Origin: Intoshia linei
Lineage: Eukaryota > Animalia > Orthonectida
Assembly: GCA_001642005.1 (NCBI GenBank)
Contig: LWCA01000046.1
Span: forward strand, 1 to 64,000
DNA length: 64,000 bases
Reading direction: 5' to 3'
The notes beneath the pieces are model-generated. The model worked only from the letters and a program-made list of their open reading frames with translations. It was not told the DNA's origin and ran no database searches. The position numbers were made by a program, and so were the translations under genes. Numbering within the stretch: position 1 is the first letter of the stretch; every line of letters starts with the position of its first letter. Shown piece by piece: positions 12,211-25,091 of this stretch.

Positions 12211-15200
12211 TTAATTATTACTATCATCGTGATCTTTAAATCTTTTAGGACCGACGAGCATGTTAGGCTACTAAAATAGTATCATAATAACAATTGACAA
12301 ACCTTTTCAACTTTGCGTTTTTTTTCTAAAGGTTAAATAAAGTTCGAACAATGTTAAACATACTATCAGAAATGTCGATATTTTCCATATCAAAATTTTT
12401 ATTTAATCCATCCGATGCGAGATCCTTCATTTCCAACTTTTTATTGGTCAATTTAGCGATATCGTCAATTTTGGAATTTTTTTTAGAATTGTAATTATCT
12501 CCATCCCTGTCTCTTTGATCAATGCTTTTGGATTTTCTATTATGCACAGACGAGGGAGTTTTACTTTGTTTCCGAGACATTCTATCATTGTAGGTTGTAA
12601 TAGGCGATATTGCTATGATATTTAAATTTAAAATGTTAACCAATAACAGTACAAGGTTTTTTCAATTTGTTGGTATCCGAGGGTTTATCTTTATCAGTCT
12701 AAAATTAACGTTGGATTTTCACTTTGATTTTAACAATGCTACCTTTGGAGACAATGTTCCGTTGACACGCTTTGTTCCAGAAAACGTTGATTGAGAAACC
12801 CAGTCCTTTCGATTTGACTTTATTCTTCCTGTATATCTAGGTTATCGTTATATGAATATCGCAAGTTTTTGGAGTTACCCTAACGCTAAAAGATGTAAAT
12901 CAGGGCGTTTTTCTTTTTCTTCTGTGCAAACAGTTTCTAGTCGTTTAATTAAAGCGTCCCCCAAAGTTTTTATCTTTGGATAGCTTTCAGAAATCTAAAT
13001 AATTATATACGTTTGTTATTTTTCAACTTTAACTATAATTACTTTAACTAACCTATTCAAATAAAAACACAAAAAGGATTTTTAACAGTAATTATGTATC
13101 ATCACATCGTATAATACTGTTGATTTAACCTGTACCAAGAAGCTGAAACAGCAGAAATTTAAAATTAGATAACAGAAAAGCGTTTGGACCATACAAAATA
13201 TTCGAAAAAATAAACCTTAATAAGAACAATAAGACAATTTCTAATTTGAACAAAGCTTTCACTTTCCAAACAAATAGCAAAGGACTAAATGAAACTTAAA
13301 ATGACAATAATAAAAAAATACCCGAGCAAGCATATGTTGCCACTTGTAGCAAACTTGTTTATAATTTTCGTATTTAAGGGGACTGGCTTTCGAAACGGAT
13401 TGAATATTATTAGATCGTCTGAAAATTGTAATAAAACCAGGATACCCATCACACTCCTAAAAGAAATAAGATACAATAATATCGTTTTTTACTTGATTAT
13501 AAATAGTTTCACTAGAATGCCACCGCAGAATAATGAGTAGACACTCATTTAGAAATCTACCATATCGGTGAGCTTCATTTTCAGAAAAAGAAGATATTTG
13601 ATATCGTATATCTGAAAATATCTAAAAATTGAAATAGAATTAAAATCAACATCATATCTCCTTAAGTTGTATAATAATGAATGTCTGTGTTTTCTGTTTC
13701 ATTTTACCTGATCAATTAAAAGATCACATTAAATAGTCTTAGAATTTAAAAAAAATTATCTCTGAGATCTCAAATTTCATTCCCAGAAATGGTAGACTTC
13801 AGAACCAAAAATACAAATTAGAGCAATAATTAACATCATCGTAAATTTCAATGTCAGAATTTACATCTAAATGACCAAAACAATAGATTACCCGATTTTT
13901 TGAAATGAAAAGAGTAATAAAATTCATGAATTTCCAGTTAACACAAAAAATTACTCGATCATAAATAATAAGTGAAGGAAAATCGTTAGCTTTGGACAAG
14001 TGTAATTCTTTAATAAAATTAGCACAGTAAATGGAATCAATGGCTGTTTTAGTACATCTAGAAAAAATACAATTTTGCAAAAAAGAGGAAGCAATAAGAT
14101 GTTTGGTCCCTTCTAAAAAAAAATAATATTTAAATATAAATGTAATTGACTTCCAGGAATCCACAAATCCTTATTCAATGTCAACCAAGATTTTACACAT
14201 CGAGTTACCAAATTTTCTATATTCAACTCCTCAGCAATTTTATCAGTAAATGTAGTTAATCTCTCCTTTTCACGTTTACGTTTATAAGATGACTAAACAA
14301 GAATCATGCGACAAAAATAATAAATAGTTACTGATATTCGGTCTTCATCTATAGCACCAAGTTGAGTGGATATAATAGAATTTAATTTTTTGTAAGATTG
14401 ATTGGGTGTCATTATTTCACTAGCCGTCATTATCCAAAAAGTTATATACAATAATGGTCTAAAATACATTTTTTTAAATATACAAATTTTCAATACGTCA
14501 TTTCTGTCCAATTATCACAAGAAATGGCTTCAGAGGAATCTGAAACAATAGCCGTCAAACTTTCATTTATAAATTCAATTATATTGTCAGACTTGACATC
14601 CTTAAAATTTAAATATTAGTTTGATTAATAATTATAATCAATTTGAAATAAAATTTTAGATAATTTGATTAAATTACTTTGTCCTCCATTGTAATTTGAT
14701 TCTTGCATTCGTTCTATTAAAAATTAAAATTTCAAATATAAATGTAAATACCCGTAGAGCGCTCGTAAATCGTTTTCTACCCAACAAGAAACAAAATTCA
14801 CTGGGCATGTCATACTTTTTGTATAATTCTGTAATAGATGGCATGAACGTCTTATGTTCTGATAAAGATAGTCTTAATTCCAAAAACATTGTAAATTGAA
14901 TGAGTGTGTCTTGACACTAAAAATTAAAGTAATATTGAGTTTTTTTAAATTACAACTCAACAAATCTTATCAACAAGATAATATATCAAATTAATTTTGA
15001 CCGAGAAAGCGTAAATTTCTGGAGTTGAAATTTTTTGTTTTAATATTATAGTTACTTATTTTATAAAACGTAAATAAAAAAAATGAATACCAAAGTGCTT
15101 TTTTTACCAATAAGGCATTACTTTATGAGATTAAAAATTTTTCTGTGTGTCAACTGGAAATAACTAATATTATTTTTAATTTCTAGGACTATTTTTATTT

Positions 15201-18200
15201 TTTAAAAAAGGGGTAGGTTAAAATCTAAGATTTTGATCGTGAAAAAATACTTTTTTAAGGTTACCATTAATGATGATGCTTATGGTTTTAAAAACCACCT
15301 AAAATTTATGTTTTATAAAATTTTACGACATTATCCAAAAAATTAATTAAAATAGGAAAATTTAACCAAAAATGCTACCATTCACTATTATCAATCATTT
15401 AAAGGAGTGGTTCCAAACTTGTTACACGTGTAACCGTCATATCACATTACCTTTTAATTTAAATTATTCCACGTTAAATTTATTTTGTTAACGTTTGTGT
15501 AAAAAATTTAAAAAAAAATTGTTATCCCATTTTTTTAATTTATGATTTACATTTACAGAAAGTGTGTGTATTATTATACACACTGTGTACATTATTAAAA
15601 ATAAAATAAAAACAGTCCAATTCTAAAAATTGTCATAAACAGCATAAATTCCAGAAAAAATAAAATTGTAAAAACCTATTTTGTCATTTTCAACGTAATA
15701 ATATATATTCAGTACAAATTATGTATCTACAATTAACGGAATCAGCAATTTATAAACATATTTCAGGTGAATTTAACCAATATTGCAAAGCATTGTAATA
15801 AATATAAAAATGATAATAACAAAGTTGTAATACTTTTAGTAATTCGTCAATTTTTTTTAATAAAAGTTTCGAAATAAAAAAAATATTGATTAAAGTACTT
15901 TTTTGACTTTGAAGGCGTCACTTATTCAAATTAATTTTTTGAGTGTCTTAACAGCATACAACTGTACCATCTGTAATTTTTTTAAATTCTAGGGTTGTTT
16001 TCATTAAAAAAAAATGTTAATGTGGGGTTTTGATCGTGAAAATTAATTTATTTAATGTTTCAATTTATAATACTGTTCATAATTTTGAAAAATATCCCAG
16101 AATTTATGTTTAAAAAAAGTTTAAGAGATGTTTCATTTTTAAAACAACGGGTAATTTGTGGTTTTGACCATGAAGGTATGCGTTTCTGAGGCTGAGATTA
16201 ACGACAATATTAATAATTTTAAAATGCGTTTGAGAAAGTACGTTTTATTAAATTTTTGAGTTTAATTTTTTTAAACAAAAGGGAAAATGGGGTTTTTGAC
16301 CCTGACTCAAATTCTGAAACTGAAAAATGCATAAAAACACGTCGTAGGAAAAACTTTATTAGAAATTGGGTGTTTTTAATTCCTCCGAATGTCAATGTTT
16401 TCAATAAATGGTTACACACACAGATATTGATTTTTATAAGTAAAGGAAAAGGATACTAGTAGAATATCATATTTTTTAAAATCACCCCTAACAGAATTAA
16501 ACTCGGTGAAAAGTATTTTGTTAAAATTTACAAAAATTTAGAGAGACACAACCTTATATTATGATTATAGAGGATTATTTATTATTATTTTAAGAAGAGG
16601 TCAAAGTAAATGAAATCAATTATTTCTTGTGAAATAACCGTATAAATTTTTCAGTATATATATGTCGTATAGAATGTGTACAACTGTCAAATGTACACAT
16701 TCCACGGGCAAGTCGTAGAATGTAAACATTTCATGGATAAGTCGTACAGTATACAGTACAGATTAACGTAACAATATAGGATATATTATTAAGATTAAAA
16801 ATAATCCTAATATTAGTTGATTTTTAAGATTATTAGTTAATTCAATTTATTAAATATAAAATTTATAAATGGAAACACGATATTTGACACAGAAATCATT
16901 GATAATCAATTATTTTATTTTCTAAAAATCTTAAAAACCCCTCTTGAAAGTTTGGTTCAAAAAAAATCGTAATTAAATGGTTTGATATTAATTTAAAATC
17001 AATTTAAAAATAANAGTCCAATCCTAAAAATTGTTATAAATAGCATTTTTTTAATTTTCGGACCGTTAATTATTTCACATTTTTTGTTTTAATAAAATAT
17101 TTTAATAAAAAAATATATGAAAACTAAAATGTTTTTTTGGCCGTGAAGGCGCACTTATTAGATTCACATTTTTTGTGTGTGTTAACAGGGTACAACTATA
17201 CCACCTGTAAATTTTTTAAATTATAGGGCTGTTTTCATTAAAAAAAAGTGTAATTTGGGGTTTTGGCCCTGAAGATGTATTTTTTGAAATTTAAATATAT
17301 AATATTTATGATTTTAAACTCCGTATTAGAGTGTATATTTTTTAAACTCTTGAACTCGTTTGATTTCAAAAAAAGGACAATTGGGCTTTTTGACGCGTGA
17401 GATGTGAGTTTGCAAGGTTGAAATTTATTTTGCTAACACTCGGAAAAAAACTGTAATTGAAATGTGGACTTTATAAAATGCTAAGACGAGTAGTTATTGA
17501 AATAAACGATAACACACACAGACAAACAAATATTGCAAATCATATTATATAAGTAAGGATTTGTAATAATCATAAATATATTAAAATATTTTTTTATTTT
17601 TTTTTAAAAATAATTTGATAGCATTGGAAAACATGTTTTACCTCCAAATAATACCAGATACTCATATCACAGTGGCGCTGGACGTGAAAATTTTGTTAAG
17701 AATGTAAAGATTAAAAAATATGAAGATTTAATCGCAGATGATTTAAATTTTAAATCTGTAATAACTGAAGAAACTAGTAAAGTAAATAATGACATTATAC
17801 ATTTTAACATAGAAAGCGTCGATAGTGACAAATTTGGAGATTTTGTACAAAGCCGCACACCAAAAAAACAGGATACCATTAATATTAACAATAGTATTTA
17901 TGTTAATAATATTGATGATGATACTTCTCAAGTTGATAATAGTACAAATTTATTTAATACTCTCCAAAAAATCGATTATGATTCATTTTCCGGTTTCTCT
18001 ACTGAACAAAAAAATGAACCTATTGTACTTATTGACAAAATTATTAAAAATCCTCAAAATGAACAAAACTCTACACACATAGAAATGGACTTATTAGACA
18101 TGTCATCTAAATTTGTTAATAATGAAGATCTTTTGAATACTGTAAAAATGATTATTAATTATAATTATATTTACATTTAATATTTATTTTTAGTTTGAAA

Positions 18201-21200
18201 AACAAACCTCATCTTTATGTAATTATTTCATCTAAAATTTATGTATTTTTATTTTTGTATGCAGTTAAACAGCTTAGTATTGAACAAATTCTTCTTACAA
18301 ACACGTCATGCTCATTATTGATAAATAGTGAATCTGTTATGATTTTTTTCATTGTTTCTTTGAAGTGATAAGCAAGGAAAATTATAATTTTTGCAAATAA
18401 ATGTTTTTGTTAATTTTTTATATATTCACAGAGGGGAGTCCAAGGTGTGAAAAAATTGAAAAAAAAATTTTTTCTACATCGGTATATAAACTTTGCACAT
18501 AGAATCATATAATGTATATTTGATGTTTTAATTGATATATTCTGATTTTACTTTTCATCCAAGATTACATTTTACATTTTCATAGAAATAGAATTTAAAG
18601 TATACATTTAGCCATATCTACATTGGACAATTTTAAAAGTCTCACACCTTCAAAGTCACCAAAAATTAGTGTATCAGGTTTGAATATACTATATTGTGGT
18701 TAATAATTAATTTTAATTTAATTTAACTGCCTTTATAGAATATCTTTTAGTTTTAGTAACCCATTAAATATTTTCCAACCTAATTTTTTTTAGTTTTTAT
18801 TTATTTTTTTAGTTAATTAGTAACTTTGACCAAAATGTTTTTGTAATTTATAATTTACCCAGAAAGGACCATAGAGTGAATAATTAAACAATAGTTTTCC
18901 AAAATTTAGATTTAATTAATAATAATAATATATAACTGTTTTTAGAATTTAATGTTAATAAAAATTGAAAAAATTAACCTCATATTCATCCATTTTATTT
19001 TCATTAATTTTATAAATTTAGAATCAAAACATTCTAAAAATGATGTATTCAGTGACTTGTTTGATTCCATGTATACCACTAATTAATTTTTTTATTAATT
19101 AAAAATGTAGTTATGTAATTAAAAAAATCACTAAATTGTTTATTCGTGTGTACCTGATAAAATTCAATTTAGAAAAACTAATTTTGTTGATACTTTTCGA
19201 TATATTATTATATATTATATATTATTTGAATTAATTTATCGATTTTATTGTATTTTTAAAAGAATGACTTCTTATACATATATAGATAATGATGACATTT
19301 TAATTATAGATTTATGTAAAAAATTTATTTGTACATTATGAAAAGTATTTTAATTTATTTGAATAAATTGTAACAATCATTCTTAGTCTTTCAGATATCT
19401 AAAAGTTTATTATTAGTTAAAAATATTATTATTAATGAAATGGTTTATTTTCAAATAGAAACATCACATCAAATACAAATTATAAAATTAATGAAAAATG
19501 TGTCAGTTAAGTATTGTTTACCTCATTTAGTTCATTATTTTCATAGTTTCCTTTTGTTTCATTCTGGTAAATTTCTCCATTTTTCTAGCAATTTTAATAA
19601 TTAAAATTTAGTATTACATTTGCAGTGGGATCGTCACTATTTATTCTTATCTATTTTTTAGTTCTGGTGATTTTCATATAACCCTGCGTTATCCGTCAAT
19701 ATTTTTTAAAATAAATACAAAACTGTTTTGAAGTTTTGCCCCAGTTAATAAAATAAAAAATATTGGATTTGCGAGCAATATGATAAAATTTATAAAATGA
19801 TAATATTTTAAAATATATATTAAATTATTAAATTAACGACATTGCCGTGGAGAACTAACAATAGACTTGGAAAAATTAAAATTTTAGGCCCATGGACAAC
19901 TAAACAAAATTGGTCTAATCATTACTTACATGTACAATGTACATGTATATAAAACGCTTTGTTTGTCTGTGTGTGTTATCATTTATTTCAATAACTAAGA
20001 GTCTTAGAATTTTATAAAGTCATCATTTGTATTACAATTTTTTCCGGGTAAAAGTAATATAAATTTCAACCTCTGAAATTCTCATCTTACCGGTCAAAAC
20101 TCAATTATCTTTTATTATGAAAATCAAATCAATTCCACAAGTTAAAAAAATATAAACTCTGATACAGATTTTAAAATCATAAATCTTATCATAAATTTAT
20201 ATTTAAAAAATATATCTTCAGGGCCAAAACCACAAATTAGCATTTTTTTTAAAATGAAAACAGCCCCAGAATTTAAAAAAAATTACAGGTGGTAGCTGTA
20301 TCCTTTTATCACACAAAAAATTTCAATCTAAATGAGTGACGCCTTCCGGTAAAAAAAGCACTTTAGTACATACTGTATTTGTATTCATATTTTTATTTCG
20401 AAACTATTTTATTAAAACAAAAAATGCGAAATAATAGAAGGTCCGACAATTAAAAAAAAAAAATTATTCTTATACAGCTTATTCTATTTGACATAAATAC
20501 AAAAGTTCAACCCGAGAAATCTACGCATTCCCGATGAAAAATAAATTTTAATATATTATCAACCAATATTATTCAAATATTTCGATTAAAATAAAAATTG
20601 AAAAATCAAAAACTGATCCTACAATTTCAAAAAAAATGTGCATTGAACGTCTACACATTTCCAATAATAAATATAATGAAAATCTATATAATTTATTCCT
20701 TCGAATTTTTTGTCATCTCAAATACTGTACTCATTTTCAAAGAATTTAACGAAATTTATTTTAAAATTACAGCAACTAAAAGTAAAACTTTGTTATTAAC
20801 CCATTTTCTCCCAATGTGACCATATGGTCACACAAAAATAAAATATTAAAAGGTGAATAAGTTTTGAATTAAACAAGGTAAATATTAATGCATGGCATAT
20901 TTAGAATCATGTAAGCATTCACAATGTATTTTTGACGGTCATTAGGTTAATAATGTCGTAACTTAGTGTCCACAGGTAAAAATATTTTGTGTTCTGAAAT
21001 AAAAATAAAATTAAAATTAAAGATTTTTCGATTTAGGTTATGCACAACTAGGTTCAATTTTAGATAAAAAATATTATGGATACATTCATTACTTATGATT
21101 TCTGAAAATTAGGAAGGATTTCAACTAGTAGTTTAATATATATCCACTAATAAGCGTGTGTGACCATATGGTTACATTGGGAGAATATGCTAATTTTAAT

Positions 21201-24200
21201 GTATGAAATATTTTATATCAGTCATTTTGCTATACATTTTGTATTAAATTGCCATTAAATTCATTTTAATTGAATTTTGAATAATTAATAAATTTATTAA
21301 TAAATAAAGTTATTAGAATGCATTTGAACCATTAAATTATTATATATTTGAATTGAAATTATCAAAATTTAAAATGGAAAACAAGCAAAATGAAATGTTT
21401 AATCAAATTTTGGATGATATCGATGAAAACAATGATAAAGAATACATATTTATCGATCCTCCTGATGCTTACGACTTAACCGATAAGGATTCGGCGGACT
21501 CGGAAGATGAAACGAAAAATTTGCCATCAGTTTTGAGTGGTAATCAGTTGCGTGCTTCAGCTGAAAAAAGACACATTGTGAATGACTCAGATGATGAAAA
21601 TGTGCCGTTATCATATTTTTCAAAGGTATCTCATTGTTTCGACTGGAATCTCTCAACAAAGAATATGTATTGTCCAGCATTTCCTGAATCTAATTATACA
21701 AAATACAGAGGATACTCGTCCATTAAATTTTTTGAATTGTTTTTCGATGGCGAAGTAGTTAACCATATTATGAAAGAATCTAACATATATTCTTCTCAAC
21801 AGAATTTATTGAATATACCCATAAATGTTGGAGAGTTCAAAAAATTTATTGGTATACTTATTATATCTGGATATAATAATTCGCCGAGTAGGTCATCTTA
21901 TATAAGCAGCAGTGATGACCTCAAAAACTTCGCTATATTTAATGCAATGCGACGTAATAGATTTAACGAAATAATGAGATCCGTACACTTCAAAGACAAT
22001 TTAAGTCTTAATTATGGGGATAAATATACCAAATTAAGACCACTAATATTATTACTGAAATCCAGTTTTATGAAACATTTTGTAATGTCTCAAAATATTT
22101 CTCACGATGAATCTATGGTGNATCAATTTAAAAATAAACATAAGCTTGTTAATTTAACTGAATTGGTAAATTCGTTGTTAGCAAAGCATCAATTATGTAT
22201 CTAACTCTGAATTGGCGTCTAAGACATATTTTTAGTCAAATACATTCTACGACTTGCCCGTGGAATGTGTACATTTCACAGTTGTACACATTCTATACAA
22301 CATATATAAACTTTTAAAAAAAATTACTAAATCATACAACCTTCCAATAAGCTTAACATTTTTTTCAGATTCATCAATTTGAGAAGTAGCTGAATGTTCA
22401 TACAAAATAGACACTCTCATCCTACCAATTAAAACGAGAAGAGGAGTTAAAACATCATAATTAAGTAAAACATCCTTCAAACGATTAATAGATTTTCTAT
22501 TTGTTTTAATTTGACTAAAATATCCAGATTCTTGTTGAAGAATAGTACCGCCAGCCAAAGAAGAAAGTTGGTCCTTTGTTATATGTTCGTTAGCTTCAAT
22601 ACCAGAAACTTTGTGAATAATATCTCGTAAAATGAGCAAATAACAACTATTATTTTGAAACAATTCCAGAGTAACATACTCTAAAAGACCAGTCATGTCC
22701 ATAGAATACCTCTTAAACAGCAAGCTTGACAAATTAGAAAGGCTCTGCAACCACGAAGAAATGTTGGTATCATACGCTTTGATTCGATCTTTATTTTTCT
22801 GAGAAAATCCCTTAATAAGAGAAAAACTCAAAATATCCAACGACAATTTATTGAGATATTTAAAACTGTCCACTATTGGTGGAATTAAATTATTAAACTG
22901 TTGAATTTGGCTAAGAATGTAATCGAATATTACGACAGGGTTATTGTGACTAATTTTGCCAATATGACGACCAAAATGTTTAATATTTTCTTTGGTAAGT
23001 CTTTTCATAATGTATTTAATTTTATACATTGATTTTGACGTAGATTCAACAAAGTCCGTGTTAAAAGTGTTTATGTGTTGTTTCCAATATTCATAAATAA
23101 GATAACGTTTTTTTTGGGAAAAATTTTTAATAACTAACCAAATGTGATTAGATAAGGCGCAATTTGCAGGATTTAAAACGAGACACGGTATAATGACACT
23201 TGTGAGTAAATCAAACATTTTTAATTTATAATTAGACTTGTATTGTGTCTGTTCTGGGTCTTGAAGGTAATGTTGAAGAATTCGACAAATTTTAAAAATT
23301 AGAGGTAAATGATAATGTACAATATATCCCAGTTCTTTAGCAATAGGATAAGCAATTTTAAAAAAATTTGAATAGTCTTGAAAAGTAATCGGTTCAATTG
23401 TGTCAGATTGAAAATTTACTGGATAAATGACTTTAAAAATTTTGTTATGAAGAGGGTCGATAATCTTTTCAAGTTGAATGCAACATTTTTTGCCAAAAAT
23501 GGGATTTGATTGTAAATAAAATTTTGGAAGTAATTTCAAAAACTGATGCATTTTTTCAATGTACCCTAAATCTAGAAAAGAGACACCCAATGAGACAATT
23601 TGATTTAGTTTGTCCTTACTGTCCGGTACAGGCAAAGGGGCGATAAACGTCTGTAATGCAGTGCTAGAAGTATCTAGGCTGTTGTCGGTAATGACATGAG
23701 TACATCGGATTTCCGTATCGGCCAAAGATTTAATGTTGGGTTTCATGTAAGGTAGGATTTCACCAAAACTAACAACACCTGTATTTATATATAAAGCAAT
23801 TATATTGAAAATGTTGTCAGTTAAATTGGAGTTATTGGAAAGTTTACTTTTTTCGTAATAAATCAAATTTAATCCCATTATCTGAATAAAACATTTTCGA
23901 CAGTTTTCATTTTCAATAAACATGTTTAGTAATGATTCAAAGTAACTGGTAGAAGAAAAATTGACTCGAAAACATTGGAAGACAACATCCATACACCGGT
24001 TAGGGTCCAAATCAAACGATCCCATTATATTCCTAATGTCGCTTTTAATTTTAGTAATCGTGTCGTTTGATGGATAAAAACTTCCCATCATGATTGTTTC
24101 TATAAATTTAGCATAGCCTTCCGATTCTTCTGAAAATAAATTAAATTTCGTTTGTTTGTAGTACATTTTTGTTTTCATACGAATACATTTCGTCTGAAAC

Positions 24201-24523
24201 ATGTTGGCTCTAGTTTTCACTAAACCAATTTCATATAGAGTGGTGGATTCTAATCTTTCCAAAAAAAATGGTGTGGTTTTTGAGTTTACTAGTTTTTTTA
24301 TTAATTTTATAAATTGCTCTTTGCCGTCAATTATCGACATTTCCATTTCTAAAACTACTAGCAAATCTACCATTATTGAAATTTCTTGTGGTCTTGTTTT
24401 ACATATTTTTAAGCATTCACATAATGCCAATTCAAAGTTTTCCTTTTTATCTTTTATTGTTGAATTTTTTAGTATGTTGTACAAGTTTTTTGTATAATCT
24501 AAACTACAGTGTTCATTTTCCAT
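12211..24523 (-). CDS. THOC2: THO complex subunit 2 (TREX mRNA export)
   Basis: Exon 1 (24523-22328) has [56 protein letters not shown] and SSWLQSLS. About 14 small exons follow from 14916 to 12211, with [71 protein letters not shown] and a basic tail. Confidence 0.95.
15000..16340 (-). mobile_element. Degenerate Helitron-like repeat fragments in THOC2 intron 1
   Basis: Blocks such as GAAGGCGTCACTTATTC, TACAACTGTACCATCTGTAA and CTAGGGTTGTTTTCATTAAAAAA match the family copies at 17040-17559 and 62380-62875. Confidence 0.55.
17040..17559 (-). mobile_element. Helitron-like family copy
   Basis: Minus-strand 5' end A|TCCTTACTTATATAATATG at 17559. The body closely resembles 39350-39780. Confidence 0.75.
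17622..19341 (+). CDS. 3' half of an unidentified spliced gene encoding an acidic, N/D-rich protein with FGDF/FSGF-type motifs
   Basis: A 520-bp stop-free exon at 17622-18141 ([10 protein letters not shown]...[11 protein letters not shown]...YDSFSGFST...) bounded by AG/GT. Small in-frame exons follow at about 18194-18218, 18265-18327, 19022-19070 and 19263-19341. Stop TGA, then AATAAA at 19362. No 5' exon was found, and the ORF track misses this frame. Confidence 0.6.
19950..20460 (+). mobile_element. Helitron-like family copy with eroded 5' end
   Basis: TTGTTTGTCTGTGTGTGTT...TTTATTTCAATAACTAAGAGTCTTAGAATTTTATAAAG...CTTCAGGGCCAAAACCACAAATT matches the family. Confidence 0.7.
20800..22120 (+). 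mobile_element. piggyBac transposon, left part, cut at an assembly N
   Basis: TTAA|CCC left terminus at 20796-20802. Terminal repeat with the palindrome TGTGACCATATGGTCACA, and an internal inverted copy at 21158-21189. A transposase ORF follows. Confidence 0.88.
21374..22120 (+). CDS. piggyBac (PGBD-like, DDE_Tnp_1_7) transposase, N-terminal part
   Basis: Acidic N-terminus ([14 protein letters not shown]), [44 protein letters not shown], and SHDESMV carrying the first catalytic Asp. Ends at N 22121. Confidence 0.9.
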
Positions 24524-25091
24524 TTTTTATCTTTTTTTATATTCAGTTTGCATGTAAAATAAAGTTTGTAGTAATATTATTATTTTTGCTGTTATCGTAA
24601 TAGTAACAAATCTAATTAGTTTAGTTTACAAGTATTTATTTTATGCTACACTTTTGTTATATAGTTTTATACTTTTTGTAACTTGATTGATATGTAGTTT
24701 ATACAAACGGTACCTAATTCTACCGAGGCGGACCTTTAATTTTACAAAAAAATAATTTAATCGGTAATGTAGATAATGTTGGACAATAATTAGATTAGTT
24801 AAAGCTGCCAGATTAAAAACGTACTCATATTACTTAGTTACAAAGTTATAATGTTGAATTGGAATTTTACAAGTTTTTAGTTTTAAACCATATAAAATAC
24901 AATTGAAATTAAAATTTAATTTAAATATTTTATTATTTGAATTGTAAATGCTTTCACATTATTTCAATTCATCGTATACCATAGCGTATTACATTTTAAA
25001 AATTATTAAAGTTTATTATAATAAACTTAAATTTTTAGTACGTTTATATTAGTGCTGCCTAAAATGTACTTTTGGTAGCTTTAGATTAAGT

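Larger units (their letters stand above)
16663..22302. mobile_element. Ginger/TDD-like TIR element; true length probably ~0.5 kb, with the span inflated by a scaffolding insert
   Basis: 62-bp TIRs at 16663-16724 and 22241-22302 (60 of 62 identical), TGT...ACA termini, TATA on both flanks. The superfamily is inferred from the termini only. Confidence 0.6.

Noticed and set aside
16663-22302. A 5.6-kb Pack-type transposon that captured a host gene fragment and a piggyBac
   Set aside because: The cargo is bounded exactly by two N's, and the flanks share an identical 16-mer overlap. A scaffolding artefact explains this better.
22121-22327. C-terminal tails of ORFs 21353..22204 (QFKNKHK...) and 22247..24523 ([10 protein letters not shown]...)
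   Set aside because: The first reads across the N into unrelated DNA. The second reads through the splice donor at 22327 into intron and TIR sequence.
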